The notes: generated by a model from the letters alone, not told the origin. 64,000 bases of DNA from Macrostomum lignano (GCA_002269645.1 NIVC01000604.1:1-64000), one strand, 5' to 3'; numbered from the stretch's first letter, positions 1 to 18,163 are shown. Numbers and translations: made by a program.

Positions 1-1711
1 GCCAGGCCGGTAATCTATTCCCAGTCTGTGCATTCTCTCCCCCTGTCTCTGCCTCGCTTCCTGCCTGCCTGCCGCAGATGGCTGCGATAAGACAAATTGC
101 ACAGGTAGGCCTGTGCCGGGTCTAGAGAGGCCAAACTACATGTGCATTTTCTGAGGGAGGCGAATTACGAAATTAGTTGTCGAAGTGGATGCACTGTGCA
201 TAGCAAGGCTGGAATACCCACCAGCATTGCCCAGCATCTATATAAAATAACCCAAGCTGTGCATTTCGGTATCTGTCTCGGAGCAGAGCTTCAATTATCT
301 GCACAAGCGGGCTCTCCGGCAGAGGAGGGTCGCAAGACAGCTTGGTAGCGGCTGTTCCTGCCCATCTTTGCAGTCAGTCGTCCCCATATTCCAATTCTCC
401 CATCGCGAAGTCTGCTGCCCAATACTATTGGTTGATGGGGCAACCGTGCCGCAGCTGTCAAGTGAACAACAGAGCCCGAAACTCTTGCCCCCCCTCTGGC
501 ATGACCAGCCCATCAGTAAGTGATTTTTGTGCACTCGAACACACAGAACGTCACAATGTGGGAAACGTCGTACTCTGTGTGAACTGTGCTGTCAAACTAT
601 TTGAAGCTGTAGGAAGCTGAATGAGCTCTGGCCGAACGCGCATCACTGTGCCACTCAGCTGACACCAACCCATCCCCAGCTGACACCAACCCATCCCCCA
701 GCTGACACAAACCCATCCTCCAGCTGACACCAAACCATCCCCAGCTGACACCAACCCATCCCCAGCTGACACCAACCCATCCCAGCTGACACCAAACCAT
801 ACCCCAGCTGACACCAACCCATCCCCAGCTGACACCAACCCATCCTCAGCTGACACCAACCCATCCCTCCAGCTGACACCAACCCATCCTCCAGCTGACA
901 CCCAACCATCCTCCGAAGCTGACACAACCATCCCAGCTGACACAACGCATACCTCCAGCTGACACAACCCATCCCCAGCTGACACAAACCAATCCCAGCT
1001 GACACCAAACCATCTCCAGCTGACACCAACGCATCCCAGCTGACACACAAACCGCATCCAGCTGACACAAACGCATCCCCAAGCTCACACCAACCCATTA
1101 GCAGCTGACACAAAACGCATCCTCCAGCTGACACAAACGCATACCCCAGCTGACACAAACCCATCCCCCAGCTGACACAAACCCATCTCCCAGCTGACAC
1201 AAACCCATCCCCCAGCTGACACAAAACCCATCCTCCAGCTGACACAAACCCATATCCCAGCTGACACAAAACGCATACTCGCCTGCCCCGCAGGAATTTC
1301 GCTGCTCAGCGTCATGGAGTTCATCGAGCTGCTGTGCATCCTGATGAGCGTCTGCACCAGCCGAGACGCGGGCAAAAGGTCTTCAAACGTTGGCAGTGCA
1401 GCAGCCTCTCGAAACAGGTAGCTCAAGTTTAAGCGACCGAAACGCTTCTATGGAAAAGGATACGACTACTGCAAGTAATATACGGGACATCTGCATCGCT
1501 AAATCATTTCAGGATGCCGCAAGATTTCGAAGCCATACTAAGGTACCTGGCGAGTCTGGAGGACGAAGAGATGAGGGAGCCGGTGCGTCAGCTGCAGTAC
1601 CAGCGGCAACAGCCTCAACAGCAGCAGCAGCCGCAACAGCAGCAGCAGTTGAACTCAGCCAGAGCGGCAAGGGAGCCATCAGGCAGGCTTGGATTGCAGC
1701 TGATACCGTAG
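1..1711 (+). CDS. 3' end of an unidentified gene: candidate microexon 78-104, exon 1294-1417, terminal exon 1513-1711; product uncertain (DEG/ENaC TM2-like or TBC-domain C-terminal helices)
   Basis: AG/GT-bounded exons join in frame as ...DGCDKTNCT-GISLLSVMEFIELLCILMSVCTSRD...NR-MPQDFEAILRYLASL...QQQ...IP*. AATAAA lies at ~1849. Confidence 0.7.
657..1275. repeat. Intronic minisatellite, ~21-22 bp unit CAGCTGACACCAACCCATCCC
   Basis: Tandem copies are directly visible. Confidence 0.95.
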
Positions 1712-2169
1712 AGAGCCTCAACAGACTGTTGCGCTGAGGCGGTCACCAGAAAGCCAAAAAAGCCTTCATACTGTAGGCCCATACTGTGTCTTTGTACCTG
1801 CACTGTGCTACAGACCTCTCTACAGACCTAATCTCTACTCAATAGAGAATAAATACTTGTACATTGCAGACAGCTAAATTTCGATACGATAATAACTGAA
1901 TGCTCAAAATACGTGAGATCAGAGCGGAACCCATAGCGAATGTATATATTTATTTTGGGTAAAAAATCAACTCGTAATTATAATGTGCCCAATGAGGAAA
2001 CTTATTGCCTTAAAAAAGCAGAGTATTGCGTTGATGTCGTATTTTAACAGGTGATTGAGAAAAAATATTTTCAAAGAAAGATTTTTCACTGGATTTGGTT
2101 ATTTTTTTCTGGTGCGGTTACTAAATTTGATTGCAGCCTCTTCTGCAATTTTTTTAGCAAAAAATTTCC

Positions 2170-2575
2170 CCTTTCACCCACCACTGTTTCACCCACTACC
2201 CCATTTCACTAACAACCCCACTTCAGCCATCACCCCATTTCACTCACCACCCCATTTGACCCACCACCCCATTTTACCCACCACCCCATTTCACCCACCA
2301 CCCCATTTCACCCACCACCCCATTTCACACACCACCCCATTCCACAAACCACCCCATTTTACCCACCAGCCCATTTCAACCACCAGCCCATTTCGCCCAT
2401 CACCCCATTTCACCCACCACCCCATTTCAACCACCACCCCATTTCACCCATCACCCCATTTCACCCACCACCCCATTTCACCCACCACCCCATTTCACCC
2501 ACCACCCCATTTCAATCACCACCCCATTTCTCCCACCACCCCATTTCACCCACCACCCCATTTCACCCACCACCT
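2170..2575. repeat. Minisatellite, ~17 bp unit CACCCACCACCCCATTT
   Basis: Tandem copies are directly visible. Confidence 0.9.
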
Positions 2576-2839
2576 CAATGCTAGATCCCGCAGGTGGCGC
2601 TTACAGCTAAACATCCACAGAACGATGCTTTTCACTGTTTTAATAAACTAAAAACGACAAAGCAAACGAATAAAAAACAATATCGCGGGTGTTGTGCCGG
2701 GGGACACGGGAACGCAGTATAAAAAACCAAGTAAAAAACTGTTTGAAAATTATTTCATGCACAGAGACAAGTAGCTACTTAACTCTGATCGCATCAGATT
2801 AACCAACAAACTATCTTATCAACTTGACCTCCCAGTGCA

Positions 2840-8009
<5,170 letters not shown>

Positions 8010-9179
8010 CTTCCTCAGCTGTTGAGTGCAGTAATTAGAAAACCGAGGGCCCTGAGCCAGGGGATGCAAAAATTGCTTTGTTTTTGTAAACACGGGCAGG
8101 GATGGGCAGGCGGCCTCTGATTGGTCAGTGAGAGGGCTCAGAGCTTCCCCTCTCACTCGGCGGCTGCCTTCGGAACATTCGCGTCCGGAATAAAAAATTG
8201 GCTTTAGAAAAAAGTTAATCGAATTTAACGACTTTATCTGTATGCCCCCCTCCCCCTGTATTGACCTCCCTTATCTTCCTTCACTTCTCCTTACTCTCCA
8301 GTACTTTCTTCATCCACTTGCCATGTCACATGTCAGCCCAGTCGCTGAGTATTTGTCTGCAAGCATTCCGACTTCGCTGTAGAGATAGACTAAAGGCGGG
8401 TAGGGAGAGAGGAGACACAAGGCCTGTCAGAGTCAGGAAGCTCAGCAAGGGGCGCCGCCTTTATTCAGCCAAGGGGTCTCCTGCCCGCCTGCCTGCAGTC
8501 GGCGGACAATAAGACTGGCTAAATAATTAAGCTGGCGCTCCCCACTTGCCCAGCCTTCGGGTGGAAACCGGCTGAGAAGCAGGTCCAGCCTGCTGCGTGT
8601 GAGTGCAGATGGACAGCAGCATTGTTTTGGTCTCCAACGGAAACCATAAAACTTGCGGCACCACTAATCAGATGATGAATTGCTATTTCTCAATTAGCGT
8701 TGTTTTATCTTGGCAACATTGAAACCTGCGGCATTTCCTATGTTCCGTAAACTAAAGTCCGGCTGAACTACTAAGGTAGATGATACCTGCAGAACCGGAG
8801 TCTTCTGCGGGCTAATCAAAGGTGCGCGGCACACTGCCATCCCAGCAGACCCCCAGGTATACAGCCTTACACTTTTAACCTGTAGAGCAGACAGTAAGCA
8901 GCAAGTGAGTCCAAAGCCTAAAGTACAATTGTCGGGTTTCAGAAGCAATTTTCTGCCCAACCTCTCCTGTCCATCTCTTTTGCAAGAGGAAGCGGCTCAT
9001 TTTTTTAACAAAAAAAGTTGAGCGCCCTCAGCCGGCGGCAACCCTGGACCAGAAGTTTAAAATTGAGCAAAGACGACGGATCAATTTCCAATCTTCAGTG
9101 CCCTCCAAACGACCCTGGATTCCACTGGCCAGTTAAAACTCACACTTCACCACCTCAATCTTTATCGGTCGATCTCCTC

Positions 9180-10110
9180 TCCTTATCAACCAGCCATCTC
9201 ATTTCTTATCAACCATTCTACCCTCATTATCAACCAGCCATCTCATTTCTTATCAACCATTCTACCCTCATTATCAACCAGCCATCTCATTTCTTATCAA
9301 CCATTCTACCCTCATTATCAACCATTCTACCCTCCTTATCAACCAGCCATCTCATTTCTTATCATCAACCATTCTACCCTCCTTATCAACCATTCTACCC
9401 TCATTATTAACCAGCCATCTAATTTCTTATCAACCATTCTACCCTCATTATCAACCAGCCATCTCATTTCTTATCATCAACCATTCTACCCTCATTATTA
9501 ACCCGCCATCTAATTTCTTATCAACCATTCTACCCTCCTTATCAACCATTCTACCCTCCTTATCAACCATTCTACCCTCCTTATCAACCATTCTACCCTC
9601 CTTATCAACCATTCTACCCTCATTATTAACCAGCCATCTAATTTCTTATCAACCATTCAACCTCCTTATCAACCATTCTACCCTCCTTATCAACCAGCCA
9701 TCTCATTTCTTATCATCAACCATTCTACCCTTCTTATCAACCAGCCATCTCATTTCTTATCATCAACCATTCTACCCTCCTTATCAACCATTCTACCCTC
9801 CTTATCAACCATTCTACCCTCATTATTAACCAGCCATCTAATTTCTTATCAACCATTCTACCCTCCTTATCAACCATTCTACCCTCCTTATCAACCATTC
9901 TACCCTCCTTATCAACCATTCTACCCTCCTTATCAACCATTCTACCCTCCTTATTAACCATTCTACCCTCATTATCAACCATTCTACCCTCATTATCAAC
10001 CATTCTACCCTCATTATCAACCATTCTACCCTCATTATCAACCATTCTATCCTCCTTATCAACCATTCTACCCACATTATCAACCATTCTACCCTAATTA
10101 TCAACCAGTC
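9180..10110. repeat. Minisatellite, 21 bp unit ATCAACCATTCTACCCTCCTT with interspersed variant units
   Basis: Tandem copies are directly visible. Confidence 0.95.
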
Positions 10111-10929
10111 ACCCCATTTCTCATCAGATCTCATTGAAATCAATAAAATAAAAATCGAGAACACACCAGCCGTTCATTTTTCTGCGGATCAAAGCGCCTC
10201 TGTATTGAAAAAATAGAATATAATATAGGAGATATAATAAGCGAGCCCTGAACTCCGCTAAAGGGCAGTATATAAAGAGATATATTTGTGAAGCTGGCCT
10301 CCAATGCTCTAGAATAGAAGCAGATCTGATACATAAGCTGCGGTATCCTACAGCAGCGTACATTTATGATACCCCTGCACTGTTAGTAACACAGTAAAGG
10401 AAGCTGGCCAGCGCCGCATCAAAAATTGAGAATGCAGAGCATTAAAAATTCAACAGCTGACCTATCAAAGATATTAAGCAGATTGCATCAAAAGCAGCAA
10501 TATCTGAATCAGAATGCAGTTTAATAACAGAATTACAAAATAACGCACTGAGAAATAATAGTAAATAAACAGTAATAGTACATAAACTTCATAAATACAT
10601 AGTACATAAATAGTAAATGGCGCAATTATTACACACAATATTCTACAGAAAAAGTTTAAGGATAGATTATTCGATCGAAAATCTGAGCACAGTTGCGGAT
10701 TTGATTAATCTTATAAGCATTTTGTGCAGTCGCAAGTAAGTGCTGATCTTGTATAGATGGGCAGGTTCTGCAGCAATATTTACATCTACACACGCGCACT
10801 GCCTTTGCGCTGACCCAAACACACCGACAGTTAGCAGTAAGCTGTGGAGCAGCAGAGAAGAGCGTTGGGGCGGTTGACAACTAAACATATAAGGGTAAAG
10901 AGAATAGGGGACAGGTGAGAAAGGAAAAG

Positions 10930-10971
10930 ACAGGCAGACAGAAAGACACAGAAAGACAGACAGACAGACAC

Positions 10972-11022
<51 letters not shown>

Positions 11023-11165
11023 CACAGACAGACAGACAGTCAGACAGGCAGACAGACAGACAGTCAGACAGACAGACAGACAGACAGTCAGACAGACAGA
11101 CAGACAGACAGACAGTCAGACAGGCAGACAGACAGTCAGACAGTCAGACAGACAGACAGACAGTC

Positions 11166-11214
<49 letters not shown>

Positions 11215-11265
11215 GTCAGACAGGCAGACAGACAGTCAGACAGTCAGACAGACAGACAGACAGTC

Positions 11266-11306
<41 letters not shown>

Positions 11307-11406
11307 GTCAGACAGACAGTCAGACAGGTCAGACAGACAGACAGACAGACAGACAGTCAGACAGGTCAGACAGACAGACAGACAGACAGACAGTCAGACA
11401 GGTCAG
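10930..11406. repeat. (GACA)n / GTCA-variant microsatellite directly after the stop codon of the sushi gene
   Basis: Directly visible. Confidence 0.97.
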
Positions 11407-11407
11407 A

Positions 11408-13556
11408 TCACGCAGCGCCGTCCGCACAGTCGGCCGGTTTGCCAACGGAGCCGCACAGAGGCCGGTTGCTGGCCAGGCTGCGGCTGCTGGTGCTTTCCAG
11501 AGTCGGCAGCGTCACCGAAGTGCCGTCGCTGAAGGCCATCGTTTCCAGGGAGCTGCGACACTGGGACTGCTGCTGCTGCTGCTGCTGCTGCTGCGGCGAC
11601 GCGGCGCCCCCGGCAATGGAGACAGCCGGGGCCGGCAGGCTGACGGCGGTGGAAGTTGACAGAGTGTCCCCGTCGCACAGACCGCCGCCGCCGAGAGGTC
11701 CAGTCGACTGCAGCGGGCGCGGCCGTCGACGCGACTGGGCGCCCGAGAGGCTGCGCGACGCCGGGTTGCCCGCTTGCTGAGCAGGAGCGGCGCCAGCAGC
11801 CGCCGAGGCCGAAGCTGTTGGTGCGGCCGTCCCGCGGCCACCGCGGACAGCGGATCCGACGCCAAACAGCGCGGCTGGGTTGTCGGCGGCCACCGCCTCA
11901 TCGTAGCTGGGCGGCCTGGCGGCTGACAGCAGGCGCACCAGATCGCCTCCGCCAGCGCCGCCGGTGCCGTCACCACCCCCGACGCCGTCGTCATCGTAGG
12001 CAGCCGACGACGAGGCCCGAGGGAAGCTGCGCCGGCCGCCGGACGACGAGTCGAGCAGCAGGTCGATGGCGCCGAAGTCGTCATAGTAGTAGCCGCCGCT
12101 GGCATAACTGAAGTAGTCGAAGTCGTCAAAGTAGGCGGCGTCGCGACTGCCAGCCGACGGGGTCAGAGGCGGCGGCAGCGGCCCCAGGGAGGCAGTTGAG
12201 CCGCCGGCCGCGGCAACGATGGCAGCAGCGGCGGCATTGCGACGCGCCCGGCGCCGGCGCAGAAATCTCGCCCGGCGCAGGGCGAGCAGAGCGAGAGCCA
12301 CGGCCAGCAACAGCAGGGCCAGCACGGCGCATGGGCCCAGCACCCAGGCCAGGGTAGTCATCAGGTTGGGCGAGCCGGCCTGCCCGACTGTTGGCGGTGC
12401 AGTGGCGCACAGGGACTCCGTGCCGGGATACCAGGTGCCATTGGCCTGGCACAGGTGTGCGGTTTGGCGACCGCCGCAACTGCGCATATGGGGAAAAGGA
12501 TTCAAGTTGAAAGCATTGTGAAAGCGAAGGTGGATTCTTTTGTAAAATAGCAGCGCATCCTAGGGAATCTTAGTTTTAGTATCAGCTCAATGGCTTTTCA
12601 GTGCCAGTCTCTTAGTGCCTCAGTGCCAGTCTCTTAGTACTTCAGTGCCAGTCTCTTAGTGCCTCAGTGCCAGTCTCTTAGTACTTCAGTGCCAGTCTCT
12701 TAGTACCTCAGTGCCCGTCTGAAGCACCGAGAGCTGGCATTCAGTAAGGAGCTAGTACTAACGCTGAGGCACTGTCAGCCTTACTGTCTGCGCCACAAGT
12801 CCTCACTGTCTACTCACGTGAACACGGCCACCGAGTCTGCAAAGTAGAAATCGCAGGCCGGATTGAGGCACCTCTCGGCCGTGGCAGCAGCGGGTCGCCG
12901 GCAGCGAACCGACTGTCGAACGCATCTCGGCAGGCTGTTGCGATCCCAGCGACCAACGGCTGGCGCCGGCTTGTCAGTAGCGGCCGCAGCGGTGGACGAG
13001 CCGGAAGAATCAGCTGCACCCGGCAGGCAAGTCCACCGAGCCGGGCCCAGCAGCACCGAGTCGGCGCCGATGCAGTCCACGTAGACGCTCTGCCCGGGAG
13101 AGGCGGTGAGGTTGGACCAGACGGGCGCCAGGTCCGCCTCGGCCGGGGCCGGCACGCCGGGGACGCGGCAGGCGCCCCAAGGCAGCTCGTCGGGGATCGG
13201 AGCGGGCGACTTCGGGCAGCTCACGTCGGGATGCCAGCCGAAGCCGGGCAGGCAGACGGCGTAGCGACGCTCGGTGAAGTCGGGGCAGCCGTAGGACAGC
13301 AGGCCGCCCGGCGGCGCCTGCAGCGATGTCGATGCCGCCGAGTCTGTTGAAGCAGACGATGTCAGCAAAAGGAGGTGCAGCGGCGGCTTCGCGGACGACG
13401 GCAGGCTGGCGGAGTTGAACTCGCAGCCTGGCGAATCTGCCGCAGCGGCCGCCGCCCATGCCAACAGCGTGGCAACCAGGGGCAGCTGGGAAAGCTGGAA
13501 TTGAATGGCCCGTTTAATAAATGCAATAAGCATGAGTATCCCGACATTACCTGCAT
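11408..13556 (-). CDS. Single-pass sushi/CCP-domain membrane protein (SUSD4/6-like architecture), ~584 aa; exons 13556-13551, 13494-12818, 12479-11408
   Basis: Signal peptide MQ|LSQLPLVATLLAWAAAAAA; three CCP-like modules (C..C..W..C pattern: AVCLPGFGWHPDVSC, WTCLPG...WDRNSLPRC, LCQANGTWYPGTESLC); TM segment LAWVLGPCAVLALLLLAVALALLAL; stop-transfer RRARFLRRRR; cytoplasmic PPSY. Exon phases are consistent. Confidence 0.8.
12599..12720. repeat. Intronic minisatellite, 22 bp unit CAGTGCCAGTCTCTTAGTACCT
   Basis: About 5 tandem copies are visible. Confidence 0.9.
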
Positions 13557-13562
13557 TGAAAC

Positions 13563-14128
13563 TGCCTGTCCGCTCCCCCCCCCTACTCCCTGAATCTGCC
13601 TGTCCGCTCCCCTCCTACTCCCTGAATCTGCCTGTCCACTCCCCTCCTACTCCCTGAATCTGCCTGTCCGCTCCCCTCCTACTCCCTGAATCTGCCTGTC
13701 CACTCCCCTCCTACTCCCTGAATCTGCCTGTCCACTCCCCTCCTACTCCCTGAATCTGCCTGTCCGCTCCCCTCCTACTCCCTGAATCTGCCTGTCCGCT
13801 CCCCTCCTACTCTCTGAATCTGCCTGTCCACTCCCCTCCTACTCCCTGAATCTGCCTGTCCGCTCCCCTCCTACTCCCTGAATCTGCCTGTCCGCTCCCC
13901 TCCTACTCCCTGAATCTGCCTGTCCACTCCCCTCCTACTCCCTGAATCTGCCTGTCCGCTCCCCTCTTACTCCCTGTACCTGCCTGTCCGCTCCCCTCCT
14001 ACTCCCTGAATCTGCCTGTCCACTCCCCTCCTACTCCCTGAATCTGCCTGTCCGCTCCCCTCCTACTCCCCGAGTCTGCCTGTCCGCACTCCGCTCCCCT
14101 CCTACTCCCTGAATCTGCCTGTCCGCTC
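13563..14128. repeat. Minisatellite, 32 bp unit CCCTGAATCTGCCTGTCCGCTCCCCTCCTACT
   Basis: Tandem copies are directly visible between RPS8 and the sushi gene. Confidence 0.95.
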
Positions 14129-14379
14129 CTGTGCTCTTTAATTCCCTAACTTGCCTACAATACGGCAGACAAGAGAAAAAATGCCAAAGAAAACAAGAGT
14201 AATTTTCAATCCAATTCATCGACACAACTTTTTTTTCATACTTCAGCGATGCAGTTGCTACACACAGCAGCAAAGGTCTGAGCGCACACCAGCTAAACCA
14301 GTCTAAAAACGTCCCAAATGGTCACTGCAACATCAACAAAGGTACAGAATTATTCAGATACACAGAGCCACCGGGACAA

Positions 14380-15090
14380 CTACTTGGCCTTCTTGGCGCG
14401 GATCTTCCTCAAGTAGAAGTCCAGCTCCTTGCCCTCCAGGATGTAGCCGTCGGCGCGGCCGCACTGGCCAGGCCTGGAGGTGATGCAGGCGTACAGACGG
14501 CCGCCGGCAAACTGCTCCAGCAGGGCCTGGGGCACCTCGGCCTTCTTCTGACGCTCCAGGTACTTCTTCATGGTCTTCTTGCTGCGGGTGAACGACAGCG
14601 GAGCGTCGCCGGCCGACTTGCCAGCGGCGTCGCCTTCCGCCTTGCCGGCAGCGTCCGACGCGGCTGCAGCAGCGGCATCGGCGGCGGCCTTGGACTTCTT
14701 CTCCTTCTTGCGGGCCAGCGGCAGCAGGTAGTGCGACTCGAACCACTGACGGAACGGTGTGGCATCGATGAGCACGATGGCATTCTTCACCAGAGTCTTG
14801 GTGCGCACCAGCTCATTGTTGCTGGCATTGTACACGGTGTCGATGATGCGAGTCTTGCGGGCGACTCCGCGCGATGGCCAGCTAAAATTGCCCGTGTCCA
14901 GGCGCAGGCCTCGAAGCTTGAGACCGCCGCCTCGAACTCGAACCGTATGAACTCGCTTGGCCGTGCCAGGCAGGGCGATCCTGGTCAGGGCTGGCGGCCG
15001 GCCCAGCTCGAACTTGCGCTTCTTGCGCAGCTGCTCGCGGCGTCCGCCGGTCTTGCGGCGCTTGTGGGTGCGATCGCGGGTGATGCCCAT
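14380..15090 (-). CDS. RPS8: 40S ribosomal protein S8 (eS8), intronless CDS with an Ala-rich insertion
   Basis: [16 protein letters not shown]..., [22 protein letters not shown] and [24 protein letters not shown] are canonical eS8 motifs. Confidence 0.98.
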   Translation of the reverse strand: MGITRDRTHKRRKTGGRREQLRKKRKFELGRPPALTRIALPGTAKRVHTVRVRGGGLKLRGLRLDTGNFSWPSRGVARKTRIIDTVYNASNNELVRTKTLVKNAIVLIDATPFRQWFESHYLLPLARKKEKKSKAAADAAAAAASDAAGKAEGDAAGKSAGDAPLSFTRSKKTMKKYLERQKKAEVPQALLEQFAGGRLYACITSRPGQCGRADGYILEGKELDFYLRKIRAKKAK

Positions 15091-15147
15091 TGCTGCGGAT
15101 GTCAGTGCGGGAGAATATGACGATTTTTATTACTAAGCTCAGTAGCC

Positions 15148-15715
15148 TAGACATGACTAGTCTGCTTCCTGACATGACTAGTCTGCTTCCTGACATGATT
15201 AGTCTGCTTCCTGACATGACTAGTCTGCTTCCTGACATGATTAGTCTGCTTCCTGGCATGATTAGTCTGCTTCCTGACATGATTAGTCTGCTTCCTGACA
15301 TGATTAGTCTGCATCCTGACATGACTAGTCTGCTTCCTGGCATGATTAGTCTGCTTCCTGACATGATTAGTCTGCTTCTTGACATGATTAGTCTGCTTCT
15401 TGACATGACTAGTCTGCATCCTGACATGATTAGTCTGCTTCCTGACATGACTAGTCTGCTTCCTGACATGATTAGTCTGCTTCCTGGCATGATTAGTCTG
15501 CTTCCTGACATGATTAGTCTGCTTCCTGACATGATTAGTCTGCATCCTGACATGACTAGTCTGCTTCCTGGCATGATTAGTCTGCTTCCTGACATGATTA
15601 GTCTGCTTCTTGACATGATTAGTCTGCTTCTTGACATGACTAGTCTGCATCCTGACATGATTAGTCTGCTTCCTGACATGACTAGTCTGCTTCCTGACAT
15701 GATTAGTCTGACATA
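15148..15715. repeat. Minisatellite, 21 bp unit GACATGATTAGTCTGCTTCCT
   Basis: Tandem copies are directly visible. Confidence 0.96.
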
Positions 15716-16546
15716 ACTACTCTTTTTCCTGACATGATCAATTGAAAAGTAGAATAATCCTATTTACTAAAAACAATTGAAGCAAAACAACAAAGGTTTA
15801 AAAATGGGGCAGAAATGGTAGAAGTTATTATTTTTGTTATTATTATTATTAAATATTATTACTAATTAATTTCACATATACAGCAATATACAGTATATAC
15901 CCTAAATAAATCAGTGCAGACTGACACGGGTTGAATTGCCACTATAATAACAAAATCGTTCTACTCTCAATAGATAAAAATAGACGTCCATTCTCTTTTT
16001 TACGCTTGCACGTGGCGTTTAAGAATTGAGAAAAATCAACAACACAAATAGGATAATTGAGGAGGGGAGGCAGAGAAGACCAGCAAGCAATACTACTGAC
16101 TGGGCATTGCAGTAGTAGTATAAGAAGCAATTTGATAAAAACAAGCGATCGGAAATTGAGAAAGCAGTCATTAACGATAACTACTTTACGCATTAGCAAA
16201 ACGCATTTTGTGCTTTCATGGCGGATTCTAAGAATTACGCAGAAAAGGTGAGACAATGGGATCATGTTTGAGTTATGTGATTGAAGTTTAACTAAGCATA
16301 CTCAAGAGGGACACAAACTGGAATACGCTCGTACACAGAACAGTTTAAAAACAAAACACAAATAAATGCATGGAGTTTTTTAATGTTCTGAATAATAATT
16401 GTAAACTGAACCTGAGCCTAAGATAAGCTTTAATCCGATTTCATGATTAATAGTATTAGCTTAATTCTGCCTAGCCTAACAACCTCTACTGCGACACGGT
16501 CCTGCTTAAATTACACTAGCTAGTGATCAGTGACCCCGTTTGGTTA

Positions 16547-18163
16547 TCAAGTCAGCGAGTGAAGATTTTTATTTGGATGCTGCTGGGGCCTCTGCTGGCC
16601 AGTGAAGTTGCCGATCGGCATTCTGGGAAACTGCTGGGGCTGCTGCATCTGCGGCTGCATCTGGCCAGCCGCGGTGGACATTGGCATCGGCATGGACATT
16701 GGCGGAGGCAGGGGCAGATGATGATTGGCCTGGACAGATTGGCCAATAGGCATGGGCATCGATGCGTGATTGGTTGACAGCTGGTGCTGGTGCTGAAGAT
16801 GGTTCGGCTGCATCTGGCCCTGGCCGAGGTGATGCGGCGGCGGTGGCGGGGGCGGCGGCGGCGGAGGCACAAACCCGCCGCCCAGATGCGATGGCGGAGG
16901 CGGCGGCGGCGGCGGAGGCGGCAAAGGAAGCGAAGTGGGAATGGTTGACATGCCCTGCTGTTGCTGTTGATACTCGAATGCCATGAGCGGCGGAGGAGGC
17001 GGCGGTGGCGGGGGAGGCGGCGGAGCGGCATTAGTGACGGACGCGTACTGGTGCCAGCTGCCAGTGAGCACAGAGTTCGGCATCTGCATAGAGACGTGAG
17101 ACACCGAGCCTGGCAGGGTGTGAAGCTGCTGATGGTGCTGGAAGTGCACCTGATTCACCACCGCTTGGGCGGCGGCGGCGGCAGCGGACAGCGAGGTTGA
17201 AGCGGAGACTGTGGTCGCTGCAGGGATTGATGCGGTTTGTGCAGGTGCAGGCGCAGGAACCTGCTGCGGTGCGGCCTGCTTGGCGGCCTGGTCGGAGGAG
17301 GGCTTGGCCCGGCTGTCCTGATCAGCTCCTCCGCCGCTCCTGCCATTGCCAATACTATTGCTATTATTATTGTTACTGTTGCTATTGGCAACGGCGGCTG
17401 GCACGCTGCCGGCGCTGTTATTGCTCTGGTACATGTCCAGGATGCGATGGCAGATGCGCTCGATGAGGGGAAAGCCGAGCCCGGGCACGAACTGCTCCCA
17501 CCACTTGTCGTTGGGACCGGAGCGGCCCTCCCAATCCCGAATAGGGAAGCTGCTGCACAGACTGCCGAGGTACAGCACGGAGCAGGCGATGATCTCGGGC
17601 TCCCACTGCAGGCACAGGGTTGTGTACAGGCTGTCATTAACGAATGCCCAGGCGTGGCGAACAATGGTGCTGATTTCATCCTGGGAGCCGCGCAGCCTCC
17701 GGCCCATCTCCAGCAGGTGTTTGTACGGGTGCTCAACTATGAAATCGAATTTCAGAGTTCGAAGCATAAGCCGCTCAGTTTGCATGACCAGCTCGGCAGG
17801 GCTGCGGCCCTGAGTCTGGGAAGCAAAATGAGCAGCAAATGTCCGCTCGTCCAGGTGCTTCTGAACCGAGCGGACCAGATCGCGGCACAGTTTGGGCGTC
17901 TCTTCAACTTTGCCGGCCAGGAACAGGGCGCAGGCGGCAACCACGTAGCGGTCGTATTTCTTGAAGCTGTGCGCCATGTAGAAGCGGTGAAAGAACACGA
18001 TGCCGGTGGCTATGGTGTTGTACGTGAGCCCCAGGTCTTGGCCGCATTGCAGGATAAACTTGGCGCCTTCGCAACGGTATTTCGACTCAGTCTGTCGCTC
18101 CACGCCGTCCCGATAAGAGGGCGTGTTGAGCAACTCCTCCGCCTCCCAGTACCAGCAGGGCAT
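16547..18163 (-). CDS. CCNK: Cyclin K, intronless, 538 aa, with Pro/Gln-rich C-terminus
   Basis: N-terminus MPCWYW...TPS; cyclin box ATGIVFFHRFYMAHSF and LFLAGKVEETPK; VEHPYKHL; AWAFVNDSLYTTLCLQWEP; poly-Pro tail. Confidence 0.96.
   Translation of the reverse strand: MPCWYWEAEELLNTPSYRDGVERQTESKYRCEGAKFILQCGQDLGLTYNTIATGIVFFHRFYMAHSFKKYDRYVVAACALFLAGKVEETPKLCRDLVRSVQKHLDERTFAAHFASQTQGRSPAELVMQTERLMLRTLKFDFIVEHPYKHLLEMGRRLRGSQDEISTIVRHAWAFVNDSLYTTLCLQWEPEIIACSVLYLGSLCSSFPIRDWEGRSGPNDKWWEQFVPGLGFPLIERICHRILDMYQSNNSAGSVPAAVANSNSNNNNSNSIGNGRSGGGADQDSRAKPSSDQAAKQAAPQQVPAPAPAQTASIPAATTVSASTSLSAAAAAAQAVVNQVHFQHHQQLHTLPGSVSHVSMQMPNSVLTGSWHQYASVTNAAPPPPPPPPPPPPLMAFEYQQQQQGMSTIPTSLPLPPPPPPPPPPSHLGGGFVPPPPPPPPPPPHHLGQGQMQPNHLQHQHQLSTNHASMPMPIGQSVQANHHLPLPPPMSMPMPMSTAAGQMQPQMQQPQQFPRMPIGNFTGQQRPQQHPNKNLHSLT

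Noticed and set aside
551-1269. Long ORFs through minisatellites (also 4143-5147, 5506-6150, 14882-15716, 18316-19129, 19944-20945, 27878-28468, 37295-37711 and the TDRQ/LSVC ORFs)
   Set aside because: They are periodic translations of tandem repeats that lack stop codons, and they lie in introns or spacers.
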